A stretch of 64,000 nt of DNA from a virus: the IMG/VR virus record IMGVR_UViG_3300005471_000012, positions 1-64,000 of that record; one strand, given 5' to 3'. Positions 1 to 8,668 of the stretch are shown in pieces. The first letter of the stretch is position 1, and the number at the start of each line of letters is the position of its first letter. Below the pieces are notes generated by a model. It did no database searches, was not told the DNA's origin, and saw only the letters and a list, made by a program, of their open reading frames with translations. The translations under genes were made by a program, and so were the position numbers.

Positions 1-1
1 G

Positions 2-193
2 TGCGCGCAGACCGATCCGGAGGCGTTCTTCCCGGAGAAGGGCGGATCGACCAGGGAAGCCAAGAGAGTGTGCCGGAGCTGCGAGGTACGGGCCGAGTGC
101 CTGGAATACGCGCTGGAGCACGGTGAGCGCTGGGGTATCTGGGGCGGCCTTTCCGAACGCGAGCGTCGCCGCGTGAAGCGCGAGGCCGCGTGA
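2..193 (+). CDS. whiB: WhiB-family Fe-S transcription factor (WhiB2/WhiB-like), 5' end outside window
   Basis: Not in the ORF track. Frame 2 reads CAQTDPEAFFPEKGGSTREAKRVCRSCEVRAECLEYALEHGERWGIWGGLSERERRRVKREAA*, with four Cys and the GIWGG motif. Confidence 0.97.
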   Translation, partial: CAQTDPEAFFPEKGGSTREAKRVCRSCEVRAECLEYALEHGERWGIWGGLSERERRRVKREAA

Positions 194-708
194 TGGCCAT
201 CGCAGACACGCTGACCGCCGAGGCAGGCCGCGAGCGCCGGGCCATGCAGGCAGCCCGGGTCACCGATGAGGAACGGGCCGCGTGCCGGGGCGCCCTGGAC
301 AAGCCCGCCGAACGGCTGGGCTTCGCTGACCTGGTCCTGCTGGTGCGCTACTACAGGGCCGCAGCCCGGCTGCAGCCATCAGCAGCGGCCGCGAGCATGC
401 TGCACACGGCCATCGGCCACCTGGCATTGCTTGGAGGCGGCCGTATGAAGACTCGCGGGCTGCTCGTGCCATCCCCGGCAGAGGCGCAGCAGAGCAGGGT
501 CATGGTCCTGGCTGACTTCACGCCAGCGGAAGCCGACGCGTATAAGCGGGCTCGCACGATTCCCGCAGGCCAGCTGACCGTCGAGCAGGCCCGGCTGCGG
601 GTCCGCTACCACGCAGCGGAGGTCGGCAGGCTGCGCGAAGCCGAACAGAGGCTGGCTCGGGCTGAGCACGACCTGGCCATGGCCGAATTCACTCAGGCGG
701 TGGCGTGA
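190..708 (+). CDS. hypothetical protein with an internal two-fold repeat
   Basis: Start overlaps the whiB stop. Two similar halves (T.EE.A...A...P...L......L.VRY). Confidence 0.7.
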   Translation: MMAIADTLTAEAGRERRAMQAARVTDEERAACRGALDKPAERLGFADLVLLVRYYRAAARLQPSAAAASMLHTAIGHLALLGGGRMKTRGLLVPSPAEAQQSRVMVLADFTPAEADAYKRARTIPAGQLTVEQARLRVRYHAAEVGRLREAEQRLARAEHDLAMAEFTQAVA

Positions 709-1181
709 TGGCAAGCGGCTACCGGACCCCCATCGTCATTGCCGCCGTGCTCGTGACTGCGGCCGGCCTCTCGGGTCACGGTTACAACTCGCAGCTGTGG
801 CACGCCGGCGAGCTGTCGGCTTCTGGCCCTCATTCGCACGGCAAGATCGTCCGGATGGGCCGTCACATGGCCGCGCAGTACGGCTGGACGGCCGGCAACG
901 GCCAGTTCGCCTGTCTCAACGAACTGTGGACGCGCGAGTCTGGCTGGGATCCGTACAACACCTACCCGAGCCACGACACGTCTCCGTCGACGCCCTCCTC
1001 GGCGATCACGACGGCGTACGGCATCCCGCAGGCACTGCCCGCGCAGAAGATGGCCACCGCCGGCCCGGACTGGCAGGCGAACCCGCGCACGCAGATCAAA
1101 TGGGGGCTCGGCTACATCAAGGGCAGGTACGGCAGCCCGTGCGCAGCCTGGAACTTCGAGCTAGCGAACAACGGGTACTGA
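705..1181 (+). CDS. secreted lytic transglycosylase-like (SLT/lysozyme-like) protein
   Basis: N-terminal signal/TM, then QFACLNELWTRESGW (catalytic Glu), AYGIPQALP, NPRTQIKWGLGYIKGRYGSPC: typical actinobacterial transglycosylase domain. Confidence 0.85.
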   Translation: MMASGYRTPIVIAAVLVTAAGLSGHGYNSQLWHAGELSASGPHSHGKIVRMGRHMAAQYGWTAGNGQFACLNELWTRESGWDPYNTYPSHDTSPSTPSSAITTAYGIPQALPAQKMATAGPDWQANPRTQIKWGLGYIKGRYGSPCAAWNFELANNGY

Positions 1182-1182
1182 C

Positions 1183-1410
1183 ATGGCCGCTCCCGATCCC
1201 CCGCCGCACTACGCAGACGACAGTCCCGCAGGGCTGGCCCGCCGCAACCACGCAACTGTCGCGCACGGGCTTGACGAACTGCGTCGGGAGATGGCACTGA
1301 ATCCGCCGGGCCGCAGGCGCATCCGCAGGGAACTGAAGCAAGAAGTGGCCAGGCTTGAAGCGCTAATGGACGTGCTTCTTGCGCAACTCAACGGAAAGGC
1401 GAACCTGTGA
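1183..1410 (+). CDS. small coiled-coil hypothetical protein
   Basis: Fills the operon gap and overlaps the next start (GTGA). Confidence 0.55.
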   Translation: MAAPDPPPHYADDSPAGLARRNHATVAHGLDELRREMALNPPGRRRIRRELKQEVARLEALMDVLLAQLNGKANL

Positions 1411-2354
1411 ATAACGAAAAGCGGCGCTTTCCCCGCTGGCCGATATTCATAATCGCCGCGCCGGCTGCCATTGCTATCTGGTCGGGCTGGGTCGGCCTAG
1501 GCGCCATGTGCGGGTTCGGCGTCGTTCACCCGCTGCCAGGAATCGTGCCAGGCTTCAAGCTGAACACCGCTATCACTCTGCCAGTTGGCGTTGAGGCATA
1601 CGGCGGCTACGCGCTGGCAGCGTGGCTGCGAGGGAACCTGCCGGCCGAGGTCCGCAAATTCGCTAAGGTGTCGGCGTTCAGCGCGTTTTTCCTTGGCGTT
1701 CTGGGCCAGGTTGCTTATCACCTGCTTGACGCGTCCGGCGTAACCCGCGCGCCGGTACCGGTCATCATCCTGGTGTCGTGCCTGCCGGTCGTGGCCCTGG
1801 CCCTGGGAACCGCGCTGGCGCACCTGCTGCCCGACGGTTCCGCGGTTCCGGGGCGCGCCCCGGTTCCCGGCCCGGAACCAGTTCCCGCCGCAGCGCCGGT
1901 TCCCGCACGCGCTACGGTTCCCGTGCCCGGGCTGGTTCCCGCTCCGGTGCTGGTTCCCGCCGCCGCGCCGGTTCCGCCCGCAGTCAGTTCCGGTGCCGCA
2001 GCGCCAGCAGTTCCCGCCCCGCCCGCCGAGAAAGCCATCACGGGCGGTCCTGGCGCCAGGACCGCCGGCCGCCGGGCGCAGCCGGGCCGGGGACGCGGAA
2101 GCGCCGGCCCGTGGCTGCCCGGCCGGATCGACCGGCGCGGCGTGCACGACCTGAACGCGCTGTTCGCCGCCATCCGGAAGGCCGCCGCGCAGTTTGAGGA
2201 GAAGAACAGCCGGGCGATCACCGGGGAGCTGATGGGAAAGGTGCTCGAATGCCGCAAGGGCGAAGCGATCGACCTCATGAGGCAAGCCGGTGTTCCGCTA
2301 AAGCGCAAGACCAGGGCTGTCGGGCAGGCGCAGGACGAGGCGGCAGGCGGATGA
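1407..2354 (+). CDS. Spd-like (plasmid spread) membrane protein, about 4 TM plus Pro-rich linker and C-terminal helical domain
   Basis: TM helices with LPVGVEAY...W and LVSCLPVVAL motifs typical of DUF2637/Spd-type proteins of actinomycete conjugative elements; lies upstream of an FtsK ATPase. Confidence 0.65.
   Translation: MNNEKRRFPRWPIFIIAAPAAIAIWSGWVGLGAMCGFGVVHPLPGIVPGFKLNTAITLPVGVEAYGGYALAAWLRGNLPAEVRKFAKVSAFSAFFLGVLGQVAYHLLDASGVTRAPVPVIILVSCLPVVALALGTALAHLLPDGSAVPGRAPVPGPEPVPAAAPVPARATVPVPGLVPAPVLVPAAAPVPPAVSSGAAAPAVPAPPAEKAITGGPGARTAGRRAQPGRGRGSAGPWLPGRIDRRGVHDLNALFAAIRKAAAQFEEKNSRAITGELMGKVLECRKGEAIDLMRQAGVPLKRKTRAVGQAQDEAAGG
1836..2015 (+). repeat. GTTCC repeat array with 18-nt period (candidate clt/TraB recognition sites)
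   Basis: GTTCC at 1845, 1863, 1881, 1899, 1917, 1935, 1953, 1971, plus 1837, 1987, 2010. Confidence 0.75.
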
Positions 2355-2478
2355 CACGCGAAGGGAAACGGGCCCGCAGCGCCGCGGGCACCCTCTCCGG
2401 AGGGCCGTCCCGTGACGGGAGCATGCGCAACGCTTATGCGCGTTGCGCATGCGCGCAACGCGCGCGCGAGGCACAGCC

Positions 2479-2781
2479 ATGATGATACCCGGGCCATTCA
2501 AGGACGCGCTACTGCGCCAGATCAGCCGGCGCGCCGAAATCGGCGGCCTGCAGAAGCAGGAACTCTACCGGCAAGCGCTCAACATCGCCGTCGGCGGCCT
2601 GCAGAAGGAACTTATCGTCGTGGCGAAGCGCGAGCCGCCGGCGAAGTCGCGGGCGGCATACCTGAAGGCGACGAAGTACGTGCAGGAACTGACCGACAAG
2701 GTAGCCGGCGTCAAGTCCGACCCGGGCTCGGTCGGCGACCTGGCTGAGCAGCTGGCCGCAATCGAGGGAGGCGCGGGATGA
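2479..2781 (+). CDS. hypothetical protein (transfer-like operon)
   Basis: MMIPGPFKDALL... with high-GC3 codons; ATGA overlap with the next gene. Confidence 0.65.
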   Translation: MMIPGPFKDALLRQISRRAEIGGLQKQELYRQALNIAVGGLQKELIVVAKREPPAKSRAAYLKATKYVQELTDKVAGVKSDPGSVGDLAEQLAAIEGGAG

Positions 2782-3407
2782 GTGCTGACAACGACTGGGT
2801 CATGCCGGAGTTCGAGCTGCTTGACCCGGAACCGGGAACCGCCCGCGCCGCGCCGGTTCCCGGCATGGTTCCGGCTCCCAGGTGGCAGCCGGTTCCGGGC
2901 CCGCGCCTGGTTCCCGCGTCAGTTCCCGGCTCGGTTCCCGCGCCGGTTCCGGTTCCCGCGCCGGCCCCGGTTCCCGGTTCCGGGCCAGGGCCGGGAACCG
3001 GCAGCGACGTGGTTCCGTATCAGGTTCCCGGCATGCCCGCCGTGCCGGACTTCGCCGACCTCGGGCCCGCGGAAATCGCCCTGGAAACCGTGCGGCACTG
3101 GGTCGGGCAAGGGCGCAAGACCGTACGTGACATGAAAGCCAGCGATAGTAATCCGCTCGGCGGCGCGGTCAAGGGCCGGCCCGGTTCCATCGAAGACCTC
3201 TTCAAGTACGCCGAGTCTGAGGAATGGGTGCCGCCGGCCAGCAACGGAAAGTATCTCGCTGCGGCCGGGAAAGCAGACTGCTACACGATCGGGCTGGCGC
3301 TGAAGATAATCGGCGGTGCCATTTCAGGTGCAGGTGACCGGCCGATGCGGCACTGGCTGCCGATCATCGCCATAGCCATAGCCATTATCTTCATCAAGTT
3401 CCACTGA
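2778..3407 (+). CDS. Pro-rich protein with C-terminal TM anchor (Spd-like)
   Basis: VP-rich N-terminus; C-terminal WLPIIAIAIAIIFIKFH. Confidence 0.65.
   Translation: MSADNDWVMPEFELLDPEPGTARAAPVPGMVPAPRWQPVPGPRLVPASVPGSVPAPVPVPAPAPVPGSGPGPGTGSDVVPYQVPGMPAVPDFADLGPAEIALETVRHWVGQGRKTVRDMKASDSNPLGGAVKGRPGSIEDLFKYAESEEWVPPASNGKYLAAAGKADCYTIGLALKIIGGAISGAGDRPMRHWLPIIAIAIAIIFIKFH
2828..3029 (+). repeat. second GTTCC/GGAACC repeat cluster (candidate clt)
   Basis: About 12 forward GTTCC copies (2856-3024) and three inverted GGAACC copies (2828, 2835, 2994). Confidence 0.7.
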
Positions 3408-3422
3408 CCGGAGGAACCCGAA

Positions 3423-4187
3423 ATGCATTTCCTGCTCGCATCAATGCGGAACCCGCTGGACATCGGGGCGATCTTGCTGCTCATCGCCCTGGCGTGCGTA
3501 TGGAAGGATTCCGCTCCGCGGTTCGCGGCATGCGCGGCGCTCGCCGGCGCCGGCATGGCCGCCTGGGAGTTCAAGGTGGCCATCAACCCGTACGCCGGGA
3601 TCCAGGTTCTCGGCGCCGGGGTGCTGCTGATCGTCGCGCTGATCACGTCAATGATCTGGGTTCTCGAGGTGATCCACGGCAAGGACCCGCACCCGTGGCG
3701 GACTCCGGCCGTGTCGGTGATCGCCGGCGCGGCCGACGCGCTGTGCATCGGGCTGCCGCACGTGATTCTCGGGACGCTCGGCGTCGGCGCGTTCGGCATG
3801 CTGTTCCTGCTCGCCGCGATCGTGCTGATGGTGAAGAAGTCCGCTGACCGGCTGGTCGCCGTGCTGGGCCTGGCCGGCGCCGGCATGGTGGCGTGGGCGG
3901 TCGGCGCGATCCTCGTCCCGTATGCCAGGTTCCGGGTCGGCGGCATCAGCGCGCTGCTCGCCGTCGACGCCGTGTTCGCCGTGATCTTGTTCTTCGAGGT
4001 GGCGAAGGGCCGCAGCCCGCACCCGTGGCGGACCCCGGTCACCGCGATGATCCTCGGCGTGGCGATGGCGCTGACGATCGGCGTCGGCGGGCATGCCGCG
4101 AACATCGGCCACCTGAGCAAGCCAGTGGTAACGGGCTTCTACCAGGCTACTCACGCGGGTCACGGCAGCAACAGGCACAAGCACTAG
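3423..4187 (+). CDS. polytopic membrane protein made of two tandem repeats
   Basis: Two ~110-aa hydrophobic halves, each containing LAGAGM.AW and EV..G..PHPWRTP. Confidence 0.75.
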   Translation: MHFLLASMRNPLDIGAILLLIALACVWKDSAPRFAACAALAGAGMAAWEFKVAINPYAGIQVLGAGVLLIVALITSMIWVLEVIHGKDPHPWRTPAVSVIAGAADALCIGLPHVILGTLGVGAFGMLFLLAAIVLMVKKSADRLVAVLGLAGAGMVAWAVGAILVPYARFRVGGISALLAVDAVFAVILFFEVAKGRSPHPWRTPVTAMILGVAMALTIGVGGHAANIGHLSKPVVTGFYQATHAGHGSNRHKH

Positions 4188-4221
4188 GGCCGGCGCAGCC
4201 GAGCAGGACAAGGGGCAACTG

Positions 4222-5349
4222 ATGATCATCTTCATCCCGTGGCTGGGGGCGTTCTTCTACTGGGCGTGGCAGCACGGCCGCGCCCAGGGTGAATCGGAAT
4301 GGCGCCGGGCCCGCACGATCATCGCCGATCATGCCCGCCGCGCCGGCCGGGCCGCGCCGCGGACCGTGCGGCAGTGGCTATGGGAGGCGTGGCGCGGGCG
4401 TGGCGTGCTGCGCCGCGGGATGCGCGGGCCGCGGCCGGGCTCGCCGCCAGGATCGGCGCCGCCGGCCGGCGGCCCGTTCCGGCGTATCGGCCGGGCGATC
4501 CGTCGAGGCCGCCGCCGTGCCGGTGCCGCGCGCCCGGCCAGTGGCCGGCTGGGGGTTTGCGACAACTGCGGCCTGCCCGTCGCCGCTCCGGCGCTGAAGC
4601 CGCAGGACCGGGAAGTAGGCGGCCGCCGTGAGCGGTGGATGGTGTGCCCGCGGTGCATGGCCGGCTTCCAGCCGTACACGGCCGACGTGACGGTCACCCG
4701 CCCGGCCCCGCTGGCGCGGCAGGTGACCGGGCCGCCAGCCGCAGCCTCCCTGCCGGTATCAGCCGTGCCCGCGCCTGTGCCGCCGGGCACGACGCCGGCG
4801 GGCCTGCCCGCCGGCACAGGCGCCGCGCCGCTGCCCGCCGCGCCGCCCGCCGCCCCCGGTAGCGCGATCACCGGCCCGGCCGCCGGCCCGCCCCTGGCGA
4901 TCGCCCCGCCCGCCGGGAACATGCCCGCCACTTCCGATCATTTCCCGGCGGCGCTGCCGCCGGCATCACAGCCAGGAGCACTCATGCCGTACCAGCCGTC
5001 CAAGCCCGGTGCCATTGCCCGCCGCAGCCCGGCCGGCGCGGTCAGAAGCGCAGCGGACAGCACCACGCACGGGCAGTGGCAGCAGACAACGACTGCGATC
5101 GCCACCGCCGTAGCGCAGGTGCCACCCGCGCTGCAGGCCATGCTCCAGGCGCTGCGGAACGCCGACGCTAGCGACCGGCAGCGCCGGGCAGTCATCGCCT
5201 GGACCGACCGGCACCTGCAGCTCATCGCCCGGGCGAAGGCAACGCTCGCCGGGGTGGACGCCAAGGTGATGCCGGTCCTGAACGCGATCGAGAGCGTGGG
5301 CGGCACGAAGGAAGTCGCCGGCATCGCCTACCACCGGAACGTCGGCTAA
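4222..5349 (+). CDS. protein with TM, Cys4 Zn site, Pro/Ala linker and C-terminal helical domain
   Basis: CDNC...CPRC; C-terminal THGQW...PV..AI..VGG..EVA domain paralogous to the next two genes. Confidence 0.65.
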   Translation: MIIFIPWLGAFFYWAWQHGRAQGESEWRRARTIIADHARRAGRAAPRTVRQWLWEAWRGRGVLRRGMRGPRPGSPPGSAPPAGGPFRRIGRAIRRGRRRAGAARPASGRLGVCDNCGLPVAAPALKPQDREVGGRRERWMVCPRCMAGFQPYTADVTVTRPAPLARQVTGPPAAASLPVSAVPAPVPPGTTPAGLPAGTGAAPLPAAPPAAPGSAITGPAAGPPLAIAPPAGNMPATSDHFPAALPPASQPGALMPYQPSKPGAIARRSPAGAVRSAADSTTHGQWQQTTTAIATAVAQVPPALQAMLQALRNADASDRQRRAVIAWTDRHLQLIARAKATLAGVDAKVMPVLNAIESVGGTKEVAGIAYHRNVG

Positions 5350-5396
5350 CCCGGGGCGCCCCGGGCCCCCGGAAAACCAGCGAAAGGGACCACGAG

Positions 5397-5702
5397 ATGA
5401 CAGTCAATGGCTACACCCACGGTGACTGGAAGATGGAGATGGCCGCGGTCCTGGGCCTTGACGGCGCGATCTACAAGGCGCTGGACGAAATGCTGGCCGT
5501 GCTGCGCGGCCCCGCGGTACGCGCAGGCCGCACGCACCTGAAGCTCGTCGCCAGCCTGCAGAAGGAATTCGCTGACGGGATCGCCGAAGGGGCGGCGGCG
5601 GTCGGCGTCGAAGACGCGCACGCGATCCCCGTCCACGAGGCGATCCAGCGCGTCGGCGGCCTCGCCGAAGTCGCCCGGGAAAAGCGTTACCACGAGAGGT
5701 AG
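5397..5702 (+). CDS. ~100-aa helical protein, paralog 2
   Basis: RBS AAAGGGA; THGDW...EDAHAIPVHEAIQRVGGLAEVAR. Confidence 0.75.
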   Translation: MTVNGYTHGDWKMEMAAVLGLDGAIYKALDEMLAVLRGPAVRAGRTHLKLVASLQKEFADGIAEGAAAVGVEDAHAIPVHEAIQRVGGLAEVAREKRYHER

Positions 5703-6264
5703 CAGCCCGGCTCCGCTTGGGAGCCGAACGGAAAGGATGCCATGCCTGCGGACCTGCTAGGCGCATACGACGTGATGCTGCGAGGCCTGACGGCGGCGGA
5801 CGCGAGCCGCCGCCAGCTCAACGGCGTTATCGGCTGGGCCTGGCATGTGGCAGCCGCCTGCCGGGCCGGCGAGGGCTGCGGCAGCACGGCAGGCATGACA
5901 GTGAACCTGGCCGGCGGCGAATACGACCACGGCTCATGGAAATCGGACTGCCGGCAGATCCTGAGCGCATTGCTGCGGCAGCAGGCGGCAGCGGAACGGA
6001 TCCGGCTAGCCGAGCTTGCCGCGGCAGCCCGCGAGGAAGCAGCCGCTGCCGCGGCCCGCAGAAGAGGCGAGCCGGGGATGGCGGCGCGCCACGACCGTGA
6101 GGCGGCCCGGCACCGGGATCGCGCCGCCCGTGCCCTGAAATGGCAGCTGGCGGCATCTGATGCCCGCGGACAGGGGTGGCTGCTGATCCGGGCCGAAGAC
6201 GCGCACGCGATCCCCGTCCACGAGGCGATCCAGCGCGTCGGCGGCCTCGCCGAAGTCGCCCGGG
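5609..6264 (+). repeat. 71-bp identical direct repeat (5609-5679 and 6194-6264)
   Basis: cgaagacgcgcacgcgatcccc...gaagtcgcccggg is identical in two adjacent genes. Confidence 0.95.
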
Positions 6265-6320
6265 TGAAGGCCTACTACCAGCTCGCCGGGCACCCGGCCG
6301 CAACGCGAGGCGCGGCATGA
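5742..6320 (+). CDS. helical protein, paralog 3
   Basis: DHGSW...EDAHAIPVHEAIQRVGGLAEVAR; ATGA overlap with the ATPase gene. Confidence 0.7.
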   Translation: MPADLLGAYDVMLRGLTAADASRRQLNGVIGWAWHVAAACRAGEGCGSTAGMTVNLAGGEYDHGSWKSDCRQILSALLRQQAAAERIRLAELAAAAREEAAAAAARRRGEPGMAARHDREAARHRDRAARALKWQLAASDARGQGWLLIRAEDAHAIPVHEAIQRVGGLAEVARVKAYYQLAGHPAATRGAA

Positions 6321-8668
6321 AACCGCCGCCGCCGGGCATGTACCGCCACCCGCGCGGCCCGGACGGCAAGCGGCTGACCCGCCAGCCGGAAGGCCCGCCA
6401 GCGGAAGGCCAGGAGCCGGAGGCAGGCCGCCGGCCGCGCCGCCGGAATGCGCTGTGGCTCGAAACAGGCCCCGGAGCCGGTGACGATGCCGCGGCGGGCA
6501 GTGAGGCGGCTGCCCGCCCGCCGGGGCCGGCCCGGGAAACCGGGACCACATGGGCCGAGCACGGCCGCGTGCTGGCCCCGTTCGCCGCCATCGCGGCCGG
6601 TGACGGGATTGCGGCCGCAGGCCAGTACCTAACCCACGGAGCCGCCGCCCTGTACCTGGCCGGCTCGGCGGTCGCCGGGGCATGGCTGGCCGTGCGTCGG
6701 CACAACAAGCGCCGCAAGTCCGCTGCGGCGTACCGGAAGAAGTCGTACTGGCTGTGGGCAGCCTGGTCGGCATGGCTGGCGCTCGCCAGCCTGGTGACGT
6801 TCTCCGGCTGGCTTGGCCTGGTGCAATGGGCGTACCTTGCCGGCGGGCTGGTGCTGAGCACTACGCCGCTATGGCGGGAGCATCAGCGGCGGAAAGCCCG
6901 CCGCGAGGCGGCCCGGGCCGTCGCCGAGGCCGCCGCGAAACTCGCCGCCGAGGCCGCCGCGAAACCGCCGGCGCTGCCGCCTGCACCAGACCCGCGGCTG
7001 ACCTTGTTCAGGGACAAGTTCTGCCACGGAGACCTGGCGGGCGCTGAACTGGAGAACTTCGCCGGCCTCGACGGCGGCTTCCGCCTCGACGTGCACCTCG
7101 ACGGCCGGTCACGCAAAGGCACCCGCCAGTTCGCCGACGACACCAGCCTGCGCGTGGAGGTCGCCAAGCTGTACGACGTGTCCTACGACCAGGCGCACAT
7201 CGAGTACGTCCCCGGCTACAGCTCGGAGCGGCGGTTCCGGGTGACGGTGATGACCCGCCGCGAGGTGCTCCGCAAGGCGGTCCGCTGGGACGGGAAGTCG
7301 ACCTTCCAGCCGTACACCGGGTCGGTGATCCTCGGCCATTACATGGACACCCGCCCGTACCGCTGGCAGCTGTGGGCCCCCCGTTCGGGCGCCCTCGGCG
7401 GCGCGATAGCCGGCATGCCCGGCCGGGGCAAGACCGGCGTGGCGCACCGGCTGGCCGGCGAGGCCGGCCTGGCGAAGATGTGCCGCGCCTGCGGCCCGGC
7501 GCGAACCTGCCAGGCCTGTGACATGGCGCGCATCGCCGCGATCTGGATGGCGGACCCGCAGATGCACGGGTTCGCGCCCTGGTACGGCAAGGCCGACGTC
7601 ATGGCGTGGGGCCCCGCCGCCACCGTGGAACTGCTGCGCTGGATCAAGGAGGCCAGCAAGTCGCGGTCCGCGGCGAACAGCGAGCACGTGTGGACCGATC
7701 ATCGTGGCCGCACTCACGAGCGCGGCAAGGGGTTCTTCGACCCGTGGCCCGGTCTCCCGCTCATCGTCGCGATCTTCGACGAGTGGGCGAAGCTGGTCGC
7801 CGATCCGGTGCACGGCCCCGAAGCGGTGGCGCTCATGGAGGAACTGCCGCTGCAGGTCCGCAAGGCCGGCCTGTGCCTGGTCCCCGTCTTCCACGCCGCC
7901 GACGTGGACGAGATCGGCGGCCGGATCATCCGCGACGCGCTGGCGAGCTGGAACGCGGTGGCCCTGCATACCGACAAGCTGTCCACCAACATGCTCAACC
8001 TGATCGGCGATCCGACCGAGCTCCCGCAGGACCTGTGGGGTGTCGCCTACGCCAAGTCAGGCCTCGAGGATCGTTCCGGCGTGCAGATGCGGACGGATGA
8101 GTTTCCCGAGATCGCCGAGCCCGGCGACGGCGAAGCCGACGTGCATGACATCGCGGCGATCATCGCTGCGGACCCGGTCGAATACGACGACGCGGTGCTG
8201 CGGGTCCTGCGCCACGAACTATTCGGCTGGACCGGCCCCGGCCATGTGATCACCGATGACAACATCGTGCCGCCCGGCGGGCTAGCGCAGCCGGCGCAGG
8301 GCGGCGGCACGGCCACGCTGATCCGGCCCGCCGCCGGGCCAGAGTCCTCGCCGCTGGCTGACTTGGCGCGGGGCATCAGGGAAGGCCTGATCCAGCCGAA
8401 CCCGGACGACCCGGATGGCGCGGCGATGCTGCTGCAGGCGCTCGAGCTGGAAGAAGCCCGGCAGGGCGCCGCGGCGTCCCTGGACACGGCCGGGCGGATA
8501 CGGCGGGCCGTCGCCGCGGCCCCCGGCCGGGACCTGTACGGCGTCATGAAAGACACCGGGCTGGACGCGTTCACCGCGATGCGCGAACTCGGCCTGCTCG
8601 TCGAATGCGGGCAGGTCACGCTCGACGCCGCCGGGACATACCGGGCGGCAGCAGGAAAGGACACCTGA
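6317..8668 (+). CDS. FtsK/SpoIIIE-family ATPase, TraB-like conjugative DNA translocase
   Basis: N-terminal TM helices, Walker A GMPGRGKT, Walker B IVAIFDE, RKAG motif, C-terminal winged-helix-like segment (LVECGQVTLDAAGTY). Start placed at the ATG overlapping the upstream stop. Confidence 0.85.
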   Translation: MKPPPPGMYRHPRGPDGKRLTRQPEGPPAEGQEPEAGRRPRRRNALWLETGPGAGDDAAAGSEAAARPPGPARETGTTWAEHGRVLAPFAAIAAGDGIAAAGQYLTHGAAALYLAGSAVAGAWLAVRRHNKRRKSAAAYRKKSYWLWAAWSAWLALASLVTFSGWLGLVQWAYLAGGLVLSTTPLWREHQRRKARREAARAVAEAAAKLAAEAAAKPPALPPAPDPRLTLFRDKFCHGDLAGAELENFAGLDGGFRLDVHLDGRSRKGTRQFADDTSLRVEVAKLYDVSYDQAHIEYVPGYSSERRFRVTVMTRREVLRKAVRWDGKSTFQPYTGSVILGHYMDTRPYRWQLWAPRSGALGGAIAGMPGRGKTGVAHRLAGEAGLAKMCRACGPARTCQACDMARIAAIWMADPQMHGFAPWYGKADVMAWGPAATVELLRWIKEASKSRSAANSEHVWTDHRGRTHERGKGFFDPWPGLPLIVAIFDEWAKLVADPVHGPEAVALMEELPLQVRKAGLCLVPVFHAADVDEIGGRIIRDALASWNAVALHTDKLSTNMLNLIGDPTELPQDLWGVAYAKSGLEDRSGVQMRTDEFPEIAEPGDGEADVHDIAAIIAADPVEYDDAVLRVLRHELFGWTGPGHVITDDNIVPPGGLAQPAQGGGTATLIRPAAGPESSPLADLARGIREGLIQPNPDDPDGAAMLLQALELEEARQGAAASLDTAGRIRRAVAAAPGRDLYGVMKDTGLDAFTAMRELGLLVECGQVTLDAAGTYRAAAGKDT

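Noticed and set aside
705-1181. Phage endolysin
   Set aside because: Small signal-peptide protein in the early transfer-like operon, with no clear holin or lysis cassette; a lysis role is not excluded but is unsupported.
1407-2354. ABC transporter permease
   Set aside because: No ABC ATPase or binding protein nearby; context and architecture fit an Spd-like protein.
5609-6264. Diversity-generating retroelement template/variable repeat pair
   Set aside because: The copies are identical with no adenine-specific mismatches, and there is no reverse transcriptase in the window.
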